Below, piece after piece: positions 7,339 through 8,910 of a stretch of 8,910 bases of DNA. This DNA comes from a virus (lineage: Duplodnaviria; Heunggongvirae; Uroviricota; Caudoviricetes), in IMG/VR virus record IMGVR_UViG_2526164621_000016; one strand, given 5' to 3'. The notes under the pieces are model-generated. The model did not search any database and was not told the DNA's origin. It saw only the letters and a program-made list of their open reading frames with translations. Position numbers and translations under genes: made by a program. The number at the start of each line of letters is the position of its first letter. Within the stretch, counting starts at the first letter, position 1.

Positions 7339-8435
7339 TTTTACAGCCCCGTCCGGGCTGTATGTTTTCACCAGCTTATCCAGTGATCGTTTTGAAAATG
7401 GCTGCATTGGATCACGTGGCTGCAAAAATACATAATCCCTGTTGCACTCAGGAACTGAATCACGCCAGGCTTTCTGCTCGTCGATAATCCGCCGGATCTC
7501 AGGCGTTATCGGCAGGCGGAAAGCCTTTTGTGTTTTCATAGCCCCTCGCATGCCGATAACCCCTTCCGGATAAACAATTTCACCAGCCTCCTCGTAAACG
7601 TAGTCCCAGCGCAGGTTATGGACATTAATCGGACGAACACCAGTGATGATCATGAAGCGAACAGCATTCTTCTGGTGTACAGAGGTGCAGGCAGCAACAT
7701 TGAGCCAGAGTCGGGCGATTGATTCAATATCGGTAAAAAGCCGTGTGGGGGTAGGTTTCTGTACGCGGGAGGAAACATAATCATCTGGCAGACTGGCGGC
7801 AACATTGCGGCCGTTGCAAAGAGTAGGTGCGCAGAACTTCCAGAACCGACGGAGCTCGGCAAACAACTCCAGGGCGTTATTGTTCGAGCGAGTGGCGATC
7901 CACTCGTCCAGCACTTCCACCAGCCGATTGTATGTTACGTCGCTGAACACCTCACGCTCGCCGAACGTTACTTTAATCCGGTCGATACGCACCCCGTAGG
8001 TTGTGAAACTGTCCGGGCTCAGCTTCTGCCGGGCTACTTTGGCTTTGGGTCATCCCGGTACATTTCCAGCGCTGCATGTACGGACTCTGCCCGCAGTCCA
8101 CCGTCAGCCATACCTAGTGCTTTTTCGCGCGCCAGCTGGATAACGAGCTCCGGCCACTCGCCGAGCTTTTTACCTTTGAGGCCCATCTTTTTTGGAAACT
8201 CGGCGTAAAATGTAACCTTACCGGCTTTGCTGAAATCGATACGGAGATAGTTCTCTTTTTCGTATTTGGAACAGCGAGCCACGCCGGAAGCAGCGAGGAT
8301 GATTTTGGCGGCAGCAACACAGATTTTCATGTGTGCGCTGGTATAGGGGGGTTTACAGGCGTCCCATTTTTCAGATGCGGCTAAAACATCGTCATTATTG
8401 GGGCTATCCGGATTATGTGTTACAGTGCGCGGCAT
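7339..8435 (-). pseudogene. int: tyrosine recombinase / phage integrase, frameshifted near 8037..8045 and 3'-truncated by IS600
   Basis: N-terminal ORF (8034..8441) has an arm-binding-type region (…KVTFYAEFPKKMGLKGKKLGEWPELVIQLAREKA…). The second ORF (7336..7992), in another frame, continues upstream as …VARQKLSPDSFTTYGVRIDRIK… and carries the start of the catalytic domain (…FMIITGVRPINVHNLRWDYV…KTQKAFRLPIT…). Its stop codon lies inside the IS600 terminus, so the catalytic H-x-x-R…Y region is missing. The start codon is uncertain (ATG 8435 or 8330). Confidence 0.75.
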
Positions 8436-8570
8436 TCTCAATCCTTATCTGCGTAGGCGCAGAAAACAAGCTCACACATACAAGTCTTTTCTACGGGACA
8501 AAATGCAATGTGTTGCGGTTTTGTGTTGCTGGACTGAGTTTATCAAGGTTAAATACACTGGATCAACATA

Positions 8571-8617
8571 CAGTAAGTTAATGACAGTAAAGCATACAAA
8601 CTCGATACAACTTACTG
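8571..8617. repeat. perfect 9-bp inverted repeat (CAGTAAGTT … AACTTACTG) with 29-bp spacer in the int-yfhL intergenic region
   Basis: Read directly from the sequence: 8571..8579 and 8609..8617 are exact reverse complements. Confidence 0.5.
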
Positions 8618-8640
8618 ATTTTAAAATGATTTAACGGTAA

Positions 8641-8910
<270 letters not shown>

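Overview
The window reads as Escherichia/Shigella-type chromosome carrying a decayed prophage or island remnant. The right edge holds the conserved ferredoxin-like gene yfhL (8650..8910, +). Next to it, on the minus strand, is a tyrosine integrase that is frameshifted and cut off at its 3' end by an IS600 copy (6076..7338). On the other side of IS600 sits a P2/Mu-like tail module on the minus strand: a 5'-truncated baseplate J-like gene, an I-like tail gene, a tail-fibre gene interrupted by an internally deleted IS2 (2816..3885) and carrying two further frameshifts, and a frameshifted tail-fibre-assembly gene. Further left are a second tail-fibre-like gene with a lambda Stf-type N-terminal domain and several small ORFs I could not assign. 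Six separate single-base frame breaks were found (two in the tail fibre, one each in tfa, J, int and IS600 orfB). No rRNA, tRNA or CRISPR array was seen. I cannot demonstrate a novel system from sequence alone; the best candidates for a second look are the unassigned genes at 1..486 and the IS-mediated architecture. All homology statements rest on motifs recalled from memory; no database search was run.
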